DNA from: Blastocatellia bacterium | GTDB lineage: Bacteria; Acidobacteriota; Blastocatellia; UBA7656 | Direction: 5' to 3' | NCBI GenBank assembly: GCA_036505875.1 | Contig: DASXSR010000288.1 | Coordinates: 1 to 63,384, forward strand | Length of the DNA: 63,384 nt | Shown: positions 16,542-28,000 of the stretch, one piece after another | Position numbering within the stretch: position 1 is the stretch's first letter | How the letters are laid out: every line of letters starts with the position of its first letter | Notes under the pieces: model-generated | Seen by the model: the letters and a program-made list of their open reading frames with translations, nothing else | Database searches by the model: none | What the model was told of the DNA's origin: nothing | Made by a program: the position numbers and the translations under genes

Positions 16542-17759
16542 ATGGATAAAGGTGAGTTGATTTACGATTGGAACCGAGTCGATGCCGCAGAAATTCCGAT
16601 TCGACCACTGGAACTGGACGACGAGACGCTGCGCGACGGGCTGCAGTCCCCGTCGGTAATCGATCCCCCAATAAACAAGAAAATCGAGATTCTTCATCTG
16701 ATGGACTCACTGGGCATTGACAGCGCCGACATAGGTTTGCCGGGCGCCGGGCCGCGGGCCGTGGCCGATGTCACCCGCCTCGCAAAAGAGATCGCGGATT
16801 GTAAGCTCGACATCCAGCCGAATTGCGCCGCGCGAACTGTAAGAGCTGACATACAACCGGTGATCGATATTTCCGAAAAGGTGGGAATGCCTATCGAAGT
16901 CGGGACGTTCATCGGTTCGAGTCCAATCCGCCAATACGCCGAAGACTGGTCGCTGGAGATGATGCTCACGGCAACTGAAGACGCGGTGAAGTTCGCAGTG
17001 TCGCATGGCCTGCCCGTTATGTATGTGACCGAAGACACGACGCGCGCCAGGCCTGAAACTATACGCGCGCTTTACCAAGCTGCCATCGAAGCGGGCGCCA
17101 AACGGATTTGCGTTTGCGACACCGTGGGCCACGCCACGCCTGACGGAGTGCGAACGCTGATCTGCTTCATCAAATCTGTGGTCGCAGAGATGGGTCTGAC
17201 CGATGAAATCAAGATCGACTGGCACGGTCATCAGGACCGAGGGCTCGGCGTGATCAACTCGATTGCGGCCTACGAAGCGGGAGCTGACCGGCTGCACGGC
17301 ACCGGCCTCGGGATCGGCGAGCGCGTCGGCAACACTCCGATGGACCAGCTGTTGGTGAATCTTCAGCTCATGGGCTACGCCGAGCGCGATCTTTCAAATC
17401 TAACCCGCTATTGCGAGACTGTGAGCGAGGCTACCGGCGTGCCGATACCTGTTTCGTATCCCGGCGTTGGCCGCGACGCTTTTCGAACCGCGACCGGAGT
17501 TCACGCGGCGGCGGTGATCAAGGCCTTCCGCAAGTCCGACGATTGGCTCGCGGACGCGGTCTATTCCGGCGTGCCGGCCAAGATGCTGGGCCGCGAGCAA
17601 GTGATCGAGATCGGACCAATGAGCGGAAAATCAAACGTCATCTTTTGGCTCGAGCGCCGCGGCATCGAGCCCGAAGCCGAGCGTGTCGAGCGAATATTCA
17701 GCCGAGCCAAGCAGAGCGAGCAAGTGCTTACCGACGAAGAACTTATGAGATTGGTTTAG
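16542..17759 (+). CDS. HMGL-like (DRE-TIM) enzyme, 2-isopropylmalate/homocitrate synthase family, without a LeuA regulatory domain
   Basis: The product contains LDDETLRDGLQSP, then C.R.., then D.VGHATP and HGHQDRGLG..N..AA..AGA. The start at 16542 (MDKGEL) is preferred over 16494. Confidence 0.7.
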   Translation: MDKGELIYDWNRVDAAEIPIRPLELDDETLRDGLQSPSVIDPPINKKIEILHLMDSLGIDSADIGLPGAGPRAVADVTRLAKEIADCKLDIQPNCAARTVRADIQPVIDISEKVGMPIEVGTFIGSSPIRQYAEDWSLEMMLTATEDAVKFAVSHGLPVMYVTEDTTRARPETIRALYQAAIEAGAKRICVCDTVGHATPDGVRTLICFIKSVVAEMGLTDEIKIDWHGHQDRGLGVINSIAAYEAGADRLHGTGLGIGERVGNTPMDQLLVNLQLMGYAERDLSNLTRYCETVSEATGVPIPVSYPGVGRDAFRTATGVHAAAVIKAFRKSDDWLADAVYSGVPAKMLGREQVIEIGPMSGKSNVIFWLERRGIEPEAERVERIFSRAKQSEQVLTDEELMRLV

Positions 17760-17775
17760 CCGCCACCCATACGGA

Positions 17776-19005
17776 ATGCAAAACTACGCGCCCCGCAAAG
17801 ATGAACGTCTTTCGATCTCAAGCCTGCTCGGTTCTCCTCTGATTCAGCGTGCATTCGAATTCATAAATGATGCGCGCCAGGAACTTGACGAGGAGCTTGT
17901 CCGCATTTGCGAAACGCCTGCTCCTCCCTTTAAGGAACGGGCACGGGCGCGGCTTGTCGCGAGACGGTTTCAACAGATCGGCCTTGGCCGCGTGCGATCG
18001 GACGAAGAAGGAAATGTGATCGCCGAGCGTCCGGGCATTTCCTCGAAGCCGCGAATAGTTGTCTCCGCCCATCTCGATACGGTCTTCCCCGAAGGAACCG
18101 ACGTGAGCGTCAGGCGCGAAGGACTGCGGTTCTACGCGCCGGGGATCAGCGACAACGCCTGCGGGATTGTGAGCCTCATCACGCTGGCGCTTGCGCTCGA
18201 CGCGGGCGATATCTCGACGGAGGGAACTGTTTATTTCGTCGCTACGGTTGGCGAAGAAGGCGGGGGAAATCTTCGCGGCGTGCGACATCTGTTCACGCGA
18301 GGCGACCTCAAATCCGGGGTTGACGTGTTTATTTCACTGGACGGGCCAGGGCTCGAACGCATAACTCATAAGGCGCTCGGGTCACGTCGTTACCAGGTGA
18401 CGGTGAGAGGCCCGGGAGGCCACTCCTGGGGTGATTTCGGAATAGTGAACCCTGTGCACGCTCTCGGGCGGGCAATCTCGCGCTTCGCGTCGTATCCCGC
18501 GCCGCTTGCGCCGCGCACTTCTTACAACGTGGGGATAATCGAAGGGGGCAGTTCGGTCAACGCGATTCCCGAACGCGCGTCCATGGTCGTGGATGTGCGT
18601 TCCATCTCAAGCGTCGAGATCGATAAGCTCGAAGCTTACCTCAGGCGCGTAGTTGAAATCGCCGTTCGCGAAGAGAACTCCCAGCGCGCGATGAGCGGAA
18701 CCACTCTCACATTCGACCTCGAGCAGGTAGGGGACCGGCCATCGGGCGAGACTCCTGTCGATTCGACCATCGTGAGAGCTGCAATCGAAAGCTCGCGAGT
18801 GCTGGGCGTCGAGCCGCGGCTAGATTGCTCTTCAACAGACTCGAACATTCCCATTTCGCTCGGCGTTCCGGCGGTAACGTTAGGAGTGGGGGGCGTGTCG
18901 GGCAACTGCCATAGCCTGGCGGAATGGTACGAGCCGGTGGGCCGCGAACTCGGATTGAAGAGGCTGCTGTTGCTGACGCTCGCGTTGGCCAGGCTTGCTA
19001 ATTGA
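17776..19005 (+). CDS. M20-family metallopeptidase (peptidase T / ArgE-DapE-like)
   Basis: 409-aa ORF with SAHLDTVFP, PGISDNACG and TVGEEGGGNLRG metal-ligand contexts. Confidence 0.8.
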   Translation: MQNYAPRKDERLSISSLLGSPLIQRAFEFINDARQELDEELVRICETPAPPFKERARARLVARRFQQIGLGRVRSDEEGNVIAERPGISSKPRIVVSAHLDTVFPEGTDVSVRREGLRFYAPGISDNACGIVSLITLALALDAGDISTEGTVYFVATVGEEGGGNLRGVRHLFTRGDLKSGVDVFISLDGPGLERITHKALGSRRYQVTVRGPGGHSWGDFGIVNPVHALGRAISRFASYPAPLAPRTSYNVGIIEGGSSVNAIPERASMVVDVRSISSVEIDKLEAYLRRVVEIAVREENSQRAMSGTTLTFDLEQVGDRPSGETPVDSTIVRAAIESSRVLGVEPRLDCSSTDSNIPISLGVPAVTLGVGGVSGNCHSLAEWYEPVGRELGLKRLLLLTLALARLAN

Positions 19006-19015
19006 AGTCACGAAT

Positions 19016-21214
19016 CTATGCCTTCGCGACGCGGCGGGCCAGGTTTGCCACCGCCGACGCGAGCGTGGCAGGTTCGATTGGCTTGGCGAGGTGACGCTCG
19101 AATCCCGCTTCGAGTACTCGCCTTCGGTCCTCGGTCGTAGCATATGCAGTGAGCGCGATGGCGGGGATCTTACCTCCGTGCTGCGGCGCCAATGCTCGGA
19201 CTCGTCTGATTAAGTCAAATCCATCCTCGATGGGCATGCCGATGTCGCTCACCAGCACATCGGGCATTGAGCCATTAATCGGGCCGGCGAGCGCCGCCAG
19301 CGCTTCTGACACCGAGGCTGCCGCGACAACCGATGCGCCACGCTGCTCGAGCATCGCGACAAGCAGCTCCCGGGCGTCGCTTTCGTCGTCGACGATCATG
19401 ACTCTCAACCCGGCGAGCTGTTTCGAATCATCCTTCAGGCGCTCGGGCACGCGGAGCGCCTTTAATGAACCGGTCGACACGGCAACGAGCGGAAATGACA
19501 CGGTGAAAGTAGCGCCCTTTCCGCGTCCCGCGCTTTCCGCTCGCACCTCGCCTCCGTGCATCTCGACAAGATGCCGCACGATCGCGAGTCCAAGGCCAAG
19601 CCCGCCGTGCATTCGAGCAAAGGTGCTGTCCGCTTGCCTGAAGCGGTCGAAGACGTAAGGCAAGAACTCCTCGGCGATGCCTTCACCGTTATCAGTCACC
19701 ATTATGCTGGCGGTTGATGGGTCCCTCTCGAGACTTACGGCGACCTCGCCCCCCGTGGGGGTAAACTTAATCGCATTAGAAAGCAGGTTCCAAGCCACTT
19801 GCTGCAAGCGATTTGGATCGCCGGACACGCGCGCCGAGCGATCGACTGATACGCGCAGCCTGATGTTCTTTGCATCGGCAGCGGGGCGTATCGCATCCAG
19901 AGCGGCTTCGATCACCGGCGCAAGCTCGATTGGTCTCGCCTCGAGCCTGAGCTTCCCCGATATTATTCGCGACACGTCCAACAGATCCTCGATGATCTGA
20001 GCCAGCGATTTCGTATTCCGTTCAATCGTATCCAGAGCCCGCGCGGAGCTTTGACTGTCCAGAGTATTTGTGCGCATCAGCTGGGCCCAGCCGAGTATCG
20101 AGTTCAAGGGTGTGCGCAATTCGTGCGAGACTGTGGCTAAGAACTCATCTTTGAGACGGTTGGCTGCCTCAGCTTCAGCCCGCGCCTGTTTCTCCCTGAG
20201 CAGCAAATCAGAACTGAGCCTGTGCGCTTGTTCAGCTTCGAGTCGGGCAGCTTTCTCGCTGAGCAGCAGCTTCTCCTTCTCCTCCTGGGCTTGCTTTCGC
20301 TCGGTCACTTCTACAAGCAAGTCGGAAGCGTGACGCCGCGCGTCGGCGTACAACCTTGCGTTCTCGTAAGCGGCCGCCAGTTGCCCGGTCAAAGTCATCG
20401 CCAGACGTTCGTCCGCTTCACTGAACTCGCCGCCCTCGAGCTTGTCGATAAGACACAACCAGCCGGCTGTCCTTTCCGGCAAAGCAATCGGAGCAGCGAG
20501 AGCCGATCTCCCGTCAACCGCTTCAGCAGCCGAAATACGAATCGGCTGATCTTCCGAGCGAGTAGCATCAAAGATTGGTTCGTAGCTCCCGCGGAACTTC
20601 CTGCCAGACGCAGCCTCGAGGCCGTCGATTCGTACGCGTGTGCTTCGAGCACCGAGAATGTCGCAGGCCGAGTCACAGAAGAGCTTCAGAAGAGCTTGCG
20701 GGTCGCGCTCAGCGGTCATCCGCTGTCCAAGCTCGACCAGCTTGCCCAGTCGCTGGAAATTTGCGTTCTCCAACGCAATGTTCTTTTCGTGCAGCAGCGC
20801 CGCCTGCTGTTTCACCTGCTCCGTCTTCTTGAAAAGCTCGACGAACACCGCCACCTTCGATTTCAAGGCGTCCGGGTCGAAAGGCTTGACTATGTAGTCG
20901 ACGGCCCCGAGCGAATAACCTCTCCAAAGGTCTTGTTTGTCGGCGCTGTCATATGCGGTCAGAAAAATAATAGGCACATCGCGAGTTTTCTTTCGCCCGC
21001 GAATCAACTCGGCCGTCTCGAGCCCGCTAATGCCCGGCATTCGGACGTCTAGCAGAACGACGGCCACGTCGTTGTGCAACAAGTAAAGCAAAGCCTCTTC
21101 GCCGGACGCAGCTCGAACCAGGTTGCGATCTTCGCCCTTAAGAATGGTCTCCAAGGCGAGCAGATTGCCCTTGTTGTCGTCGACCAGCAGAATATTTACA
21201 TTCGTACAATCCAT
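19016..21214 (-). CDS. Hybrid sensor histidine kinase: REC-GAF-coiled coil-HisKA-HATPase-REC
   Basis: The N-terminal REC reads ILLVDD...LDV.MP..SG and the H-box reads [16 protein letters not shown] boxes (LLSNAIKFT, DNGEGI, GGLGLGLAIV) and a C-terminal REC (VMIVDDE...SDIGMP) follow. The ATG at 21214 lies 5 nt after the cheR stop; an alternative TTG lies at 21226. Confidence 0.9.
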   Translation of the reverse strand: MDCTNVNILLVDDNKGNLLALETILKGEDRNLVRAASGEEALLYLLHNDVAVVLLDVRMPGISGLETAELIRGRKKTRDVPIIFLTAYDSADKQDLWRGYSLGAVDYIVKPFDPDALKSKVAVFVELFKKTEQVKQQAALLHEKNIALENANFQRLGKLVELGQRMTAERDPQALLKLFCDSACDILGARSTRVRIDGLEAASGRKFRGSYEPIFDATRSEDQPIRISAAEAVDGRSALAAPIALPERTAGWLCLIDKLEGGEFSEADERLAMTLTGQLAAAYENARLYADARRHASDLLVEVTERKQAQEEKEKLLLSEKAARLEAEQAHRLSSDLLLREKQARAEAEAANRLKDEFLATVSHELRTPLNSILGWAQLMRTNTLDSQSSARALDTIERNTKSLAQIIEDLLDVSRIISGKLRLEARPIELAPVIEAALDAIRPAADAKNIRLRVSVDRSARVSGDPNRLQQVAWNLLSNAIKFTPTGGEVAVSLERDPSTASIMVTDNGEGIAEEFLPYVFDRFRQADSTFARMHGGLGLGLAIVRHLVEMHGGEVRAESAGRGKGATFTVSFPLVAVSTGSLKALRVPERLKDDSKQLAGLRVMIVDDESDARELLVAMLEQRGASVVAAASVSEALAALAGPINGSMPDVLVSDIGMPIEDGFDLIRRVRALAPQHGGKIPAIALTAYATTEDRRRVLEAGFERHLAKPIEPATLASAVANLARRVAKA

Positions 21215-21219
21215 AACAT

Positions 21220-22083
21220 TTACCAATTTGATGCGGCCGCGCCTGGCATTCCTCGCTTTTGATAAAGACAGCTTTCCGTGTCAAGCGGGGCATAGCAATC
21301 TTCATGCGGCATCGACTCGATTGATTCAGCGGGACCCAGCGCGAGCACCCCAAAGCGGCTGAGGCTTTCGTAAATCAGTTTGTCGACCCGCTCCTTCAGT
21401 CTCTGATTGAAACTGCCGAGAATGCCTCGGCAAACGACAACTTGAAACTCGTTGAACGAGCCGTCAGTCGCAAGATTGTGTTCGGAAAAGACGATGTTCT
21501 TCTTGAGCGCCGGATCGATCAGCGCGCGTTTGCCTTTCTTACTGAAGTACTGCGATAACGACCACTTTCCGCCCGAGCTCCGGTAATTAGCGGCACACTT
21601 ATCGGGAAGCGAGAGCGAAAAGCTTCCGACACGCGCCTGACCTATCGCGCGGGTGCTCATATCAGTGGCGTAGATGCGTGACCGCTCATACAGGCCCTCT
21701 TCCTTGAGCAGAATCGCCATCGAGTAAACGTCCTCACCCGTCGAGCAGCCTGCGTGCCAGATGCGGACGAAAGGATAAGTCCTCAACTGCGGAACGACCT
21801 TCGTTCTGAAGGTATTGTAAAACGCGGGATCCGAGAACATCGAAAGATCGCGCAGAGAGAAGGCGCCCAGCAACCGCTCCAACAAAGCAGGCTCGCGAAG
21901 CACCTTCTCTTGAAAACGCGATATGGTCGGGATACGGCCCGCCAGCATGCGCTCGCGGATTCGGAGTCTCACCGCCCCGCGATCGTAATCCCGGAGATCG
22001 TAGCCGTAATAACGAAATACGGCTTCGAGCAACAAGTCGATTTCCAGTTCTTCCAGATTGTCGTTCGTCACGTTGTCACTCAT
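21220..22083 (-). CDS. cheR: CheR-type protein-glutamate O-methyltransferase
   Basis: The product has an N-terminal helical CheR domain ([20 protein letters not shown]), an SAM-binding motif ([18 protein letters not shown]) and IYATD. The start at 22083 (MSDNV) makes an ATGA overlap with the upstream kinase stop. Confidence 0.85.
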   Translation of the reverse strand: MSDNVTNDNLEELEIDLLLEAVFRYYGYDLRDYDRGAVRLRIRERMLAGRIPTISRFQEKVLREPALLERLLGAFSLRDLSMFSDPAFYNTFRTKVVPQLRTYPFVRIWHAGCSTGEDVYSMAILLKEEGLYERSRIYATDMSTRAIGQARVGSFSLSLPDKCAANYRSSGGKWSLSQYFSKKGKRALIDPALKKNIVFSEHNLATDGSFNEFQVVVCRGILGSFNQRLKERVDKLIYESLSRFGVLALGPAESIESMPHEDCYAPLDTESCLYQKRGMPGAAASNW

Positions 22084-25000
22084 GCCCGCGCTGCTTTGCT
22101 GCCGTAGAGCCAGACCCGCAACATCGACAGCAGTTGGTCGATGTCCAGCGGTTTGGAAATGTAATCTGACGCTCCCGCCTCGATGCACTTGTCGCGGTCC
22201 GCTTTCATCGCCTTGGCCGTCAATGCGATGATCGGCAGCTCGGCGAGGCTCTCTATCTTGCGGATCGCCTGCATTGTCTCGTAGCCGTCCAACTCCGGCA
22301 TCATGATGTCCATCAACACTACGTCGATGCCTGGAATTTGCTGCAACAACTTTATGCCTTCGCGCCCGTCCTCCGCATAGAAGACTTCCATCTGATAGCT
22401 TTCCAGGGTGCTGGACAGCGCGAATATGTTGCGGACGTCGTCGTCCACAATCAGAACTTTCTTGCCCGCAAGCACCGGGTCTTGCCGCATCACCTCTTGA
22501 ATCATCCGGCGTTTGGGTTCCGGCATGTTGGCTTCCACGCGATGCAGGAAGAGTGCTGTTTCAGCAAGCAGTCTCTCGGGCGAATTGACCTCCTTTACCA
22601 CTATCGCGTCGGCGACTTGCCTCAACTGGCTCTCTTCCTTTTCGGTGAGGTCCTTGCCGGTGTACACGATTATTGGAAGGTCGTTTTGACCAAGCTCCCT
22701 CTGAATCTTATCGATCAATTCGAAGCCGCTGATGTCAGGCAATCTTAGATCCAGAACCATGCAATCGAATTGCTGGGCCTTGAGCGCTTCGAGTGCCTCG
22801 GACGCCGTAGCAACGCCGACCGTATCAACGTCTCCGCCGCCGATCAGCTCGATGATGCTCATCCGTTGGGCGTCATCGTCCTCCACAACAAGCAGCCGCT
22901 TCACGTCTCGCTGTGAAAACGCGGCGATCTGATCGAACGCTTCTGCGAGTTGCTCCCGAGAGACCGGCTTTTGCAAGTGCATAAACGCGCCGAACGCGCG
23001 AGGATGACGCGCCTGCTCGTACGCGGTAATCACGTGCACCGGAATGTGGCTCGTTTGCGGATCGTGCTTTAAACGATCGAGCACAGTCCAGCCCTCCTGA
23101 TCCGGCAGTTTGATATCCAGCGTTATCGCATCGGGCTTGTACTTGCGCGCGAGCGTCAACGCGACATCACCGCGCGCCGCAACCAGCCCTTTGAAACCCT
23201 TCTCGTGCGCGAGATCGAGGAGGATCTGCGCGAACAAGGCATCATCTTCTACGATCAGCACGATTCGCTCTCCGGGCGCGATGTTAGCGCGATCGTCGGC
23301 GATCTCTATTACTTCGCTGTATTCGGCAACCGGAAACGGACTGACGCTCGGAGCATTCCGCGCAAGTACAGCGGCAAGGCCATAGCTCGCTTGCGATGAG
23401 ACCCGCCCCGAGGTCTTGTGGGCGCGCGGCAAATAGAGGGTGAACGTGCTGCCTTCTCCGGCCGCGCTGGCGACTCGGATCTCGCCTCCGAGCAGTCGCG
23501 CAATTTCACGGCTGATCGACAGTCCCAGCCCTGTGCCGCCGTACTTGCGACTGGTCGTGCCATCGGCCTGCTGGAACGGTTCGAAGATTATCTGCTGCTT
23601 GTCTGCCGGAATCCCGATCCCGGTATCCGTCACCGAGAAGGCCACAACCAGGTCTGCCAGGTTGAGACTGTCCATTGCGAAGTGGCCGCGTTTTTCGACC
23701 GTCTTTATTTGAAGCGAGACTCGCCCGCGGTCGGTGAACTTGAAGGCGTTTGACAGCAGATTTTTGAGGACCTGTTGCAACCGCTTCTGGTCCGTCGAGA
23801 GCGTTGCAGGCATGTTGGGCTCCATTTCAATTGCGAAGTCCAATCCCTTGTCCTGCGCAATCTGATGGAAGCTGCGATTCATCTGTTCCATTACATCGAT
23901 GAATGGAACATCGGCAGTTTCGATCGCCAACATCCCCGACTCGATCTTCGACAGATCCAGAATGTCGTTGATCAGTGAAAGCAGATCGTTGCCCGAAGAG
24001 TGAATCGTCTCAGCGAACTGGACCTGTTTCGGCGTTAGCGTAGACTCCGTGTTCTCCGCGAGCTGACGTGACAGGATCAACATGCTGTTGAGCGGAGTCC
24101 TCAACTCGTGAGACATGTTGGCGAGGAATTCAGACTTGTATTTCGAAGTGAGCGCGAGCTGTTCGGCTTTTTCTTCCATCGCCCAGCGCGCCTCCTCGAC
24201 CTCGCGGTTCTTGGCTTCGACTTCCGACTTTTGCTGAGCGAGAAGCGTTGCTTTCTCCTTCAGCTCTTCGTTTGTGTTTTGCAGCTCTTCCTGTTGGCTG
24301 CGCAGTCGCTCCTCCGACTCGCGGAGGCTCAGGGCTTGCTGTTCGAGCCGCTCGTTGGTCTTCTTCAGCTCATCCTGTTGGCTCTGCAGTTCTGTGGCCA
24401 GCGACTGTGACTGGATCAACAGCCGCTCGGTTCGCGTGTTCGCCTCAATCGTGTTCAGCACGATTCCGATGCTTTCGGTCAGCGTATCCAGGAAGGTTAC
24501 GTGAACCTCACTGAAACGATTGAAGGAAGCGAGTTCGATGACCGCCTTTACTTCCTCCTCGAACAACACCGGCAAGACGATGATGTTGAGCGGCGGGGCC
24601 TCGCCCAACCCCGAGCTGACAAAGATGTAATCGTTGGGGACGTTGGTCAGCATTATGCGCTTCTTCTCCAACACGCACTGTCCGACGATCCCCTCTCCGG
24701 TCCTAAACTCGTTCGAGAGGTTCTTGCGATTCGAGTAAGCATAACCGCCGAGCAGCCTCATCAGCGTTTGCCCTTCCGCCTCGGGCTGGTTTACATAGAA
24801 CACGCCTTGTTGCGCATCGACCAGGGGCGCCAGTTCCGAAAGGATCATGTTGGCGACCGTTGTCATGTCGCGCTGGCCTTGAAGCATTCCTGTGAACCGC
24901 GCGAGGTTGGTCTTGAGCCAATCTTGCTCGGTGTTCTTCTGGGTGGTGTCTTTGAGGTTGCGGATCATCTCGTTGATGTTGTCTTTGAGGGCCGCGACCT

Positions 25001-28000
25001 CGCCTTGCGCCTCGACTGCAATCGAGCGGGTGAGGTCCCCCTGCGTGACCGCCGTCGCGACCTCGGCGATGGCTCGCACCTGGTTTGTAAGGTTCGCTGC
25101 GAGCTGGTTCACGTTGTCGGTCAAGTCTCTCCAGGTGCCGTAAGCACCCGGCACGTTCGCTTGCCCGCCGAGCTTGCCTTCGACGCCGACCTCGCGCGCC
25201 ACGGTCGTCACCTGATCTGCGAAAGTCGCCAGGGTGTCGGTCATGGCGTTGATTGTGTTGGCCAACTCGGCGATCTCGCCTTTCGATTCGATGGTCAGCT
25301 TACGGTTCAATTCACCGTTTGCGACTGCCGTCACGACGCGGGCGATGCCGCGCACCTGGCCGGTTAAGTTGCCGGCCATGAAGTTGACGTTGTCGGTCAG
25401 GTCCTTCCAGGTGCCGGCGACGCCCTTCACGTCAGCCTGTCCGCCAAGCTTGCCTTCGGTTCCAACTTCGCGCGCCACGCGCGTCACTTCAGACGCAAAC
25501 GAGTTGAGCTGGTCGACCATAACGTTGATCGTGTTCTTCAGTTCGAGAATCTCTCCCTTAACGTCGACGGTTATCTTCTTCGACAGGTCGCCGTTGGCGA
25601 CGGCCGTGGTCACCTCGGCGATGTTACGAACCTGCGCGGTCAGGTTGCTGGCCATGAAATTCACGTTGTCGGTCAGGTCCTTCCACGTGCCGGCGACGCC
25701 GCGCACGTCGGCCTGTCCGCCGAGCTTGCCTTCGGTGCCGACCTCGCGCGCCACGCGAGTGACTTCCGACGCGAACGCGTTGAGCTGGTCGACCATGACG
25801 TTGATCACTTCTTTGATCTGAAGAATCTCGCCGCGCACGTCTACGGTAATCTTCTGCGTTAGGTCGCCGTTTGCAATGGCGGTTGCAACCTTAGACATAT
25901 CGCGAAGCTGAACAGTGAGGTTGCCGGCCATCAGATTCACGTTGTCAGTCAAGTCCTTCCATGTGCCGGCGACGCCCGCGACCTGCGCCTGCCCACCGAG
26001 TTTGCCTTCGGTTCCGACTTCGCGCGCCACACGAGTGACTTCGGAAGCGAACGCGTTAAGCTGGTCCACCATTCGGTTGATCGTGTTCTTCAACTCAAGA
26101 ATTTCGCCCTTAACATCGACGGTGATCTTCTTCGACAGATCGCCGTTGGCGACCGCCGTTGTGACCTCTGCGATGTTTCTCACCTGAGCGGTAAGGTTGC
26201 CGGCCATGAAGTTCACGCTGTCGGTCAGGTCCTTCCACGTGCCGGCGACTCCGGGCACTTGAGCTTGCCCGCCGAGCTTGCCTTCAGTTCCAACCTCGCG
26301 CGCCACGCGCGTCACTTCGGATGCAAACGAGTTGAGCTGATCGACCATTCGATTGATCGTGTTCTTTAGTTCTAGAATCTCACCCTTTACGTCGACTGTG
26401 ATTTTCTTCGAAAGGTCGCCGTTAGCCACAGCGGTTGTGACCTCGGCGATGTTGCGGACCTGTCCGGTTAAGTTGCCGGCCATCGAGTTGACGCTGTCGG
26501 TCAGGTCCTTCCAGGTTCCGCCCACACCGCGCACGTCGGCCTGGCCGCCAAGCTTGCCCTCAGTTCCGACCTCTCTCGCCACGCGTGTTACTTCGGAAGC
26601 GAACGAGTTGAGCTGATCAACCATTCGATTGATTGTGTTCTTGAGCTCAAGAATCTCGCCCTTAACGTCTACGGTTATTTTCTTCGACAGGTCGCCGTTG
26701 GCGACGGCCGTTGTCACTTCGGCGATGTTTCTCACTTGGCCTGTCAGGTTCCCGGCCATCGAGTTAACGTTATCGGTCAAGTCTTTCCACGTACCTGCGA
26801 CATCAGGCACGATAGCTTGACCGCCGAGCTTGCCTTCCGTTCCTACTTCCCTCGCAACGCGTGTTACTTCCGACGCGAACGCGTTAAGCTGGTCGACCAT
26901 GACGTTGATGGTGTTCTTCAATTCAAGAATCTCGCCTTTCACGTCGACGGTGATTTTCTTAGAAAGGTCGCCTTTGGCCACCGCGGTAGTCACATCAGCG
27001 ATGTTGCGCACTTGAGCGGTAAGGTTCCCGGCCATCGAGTTGACGCTGTCGGTCAGATCCTTCCACGTGCCACCCAACCCACGCACGTCGGCTTGGCCGC
27101 CGAGCTTCCCTTCGGTCCCGACCTCACGAGCGACGCGGGTGACCTCGGAAGCGAACGAGTTAAGCTGATCGACCATAACGTTGATCGTGTTCTTCAGCTC
27201 GAGGATTTCGCCTCTCACGTCAACGGTAATCTTCTTTGAAAGGTCGCCCTTTGCGACTGCGGTTGTCACCTCGGCGATGTTTCTCACCTGAGCCGTCAGG
27301 TTGCCGGCCATGAAGTTGACGTTGTCGGTCAGGTCTTTCCAAGTGCCGGCGACTCCGGGCACTTCCGCTTGCCCGCCGAGCTTGCCTTCGGTTCCGACTT
27401 CTCTCGCAACGCGCGTAACTTCCGACGCAAACGAGTTGAGCTGATCGACCATCCGGTTGATCGTGTTCTTCAGCTCAAGAATCTCGCCCTTCACGTCGAC
27501 CGTGATCTTCTTTGAGAGGTCGCCATTAGCCACGGCGGTCGTGACCTCGGCAATGTTTCTCACCTGCCCGGTCAAGTTTCCGGCCATCGAGTTAACGTTA
27601 TCGGTGAGATCTTTCCAGGTTCCTGCGACTCCACGAACTTGAGCCTGTCCGCCGAGCTTGCCTTCGGTACCGACTTCTCTGGCGACGCGCGTCACCTCCG
27701 AAGCGAATGAGTTGAGCTGGTCGACCATTCGATTGATCGTGTTCTTCAGCTCGAGGATTTCGCCCTTCACGTCGACCGTGATTTTCTTCGACAGGTCGCC
27801 GTTGGCCACGGCGGTCGTGACTTCGGCGATGTTCCTCACTTGCCCGGTGAGGTTGCCGGCCATCGAGTTCACGTTGTCAGTCAGGTCCTTCCACGTGCCG
27901 GCAACATCCGGCACAACGGCTTGGCCGCCGAGCTTGCCTTCAGTTCCCACTTCTCTTGCGACGCGAGTGACTTCGGAAGCGAACGCGTTGAGCTGGTCAA

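Noticed and set aside
21220-22188. Long form of CheR (322 aa) overlapping the end of the giant kinase by 109 nt
   Set aside because: The upstream 35 codons overlap the kinase C-terminus in another frame. The ATG at 22083 gives a typical CheR N-terminus and an ATGA stop-start overlap.
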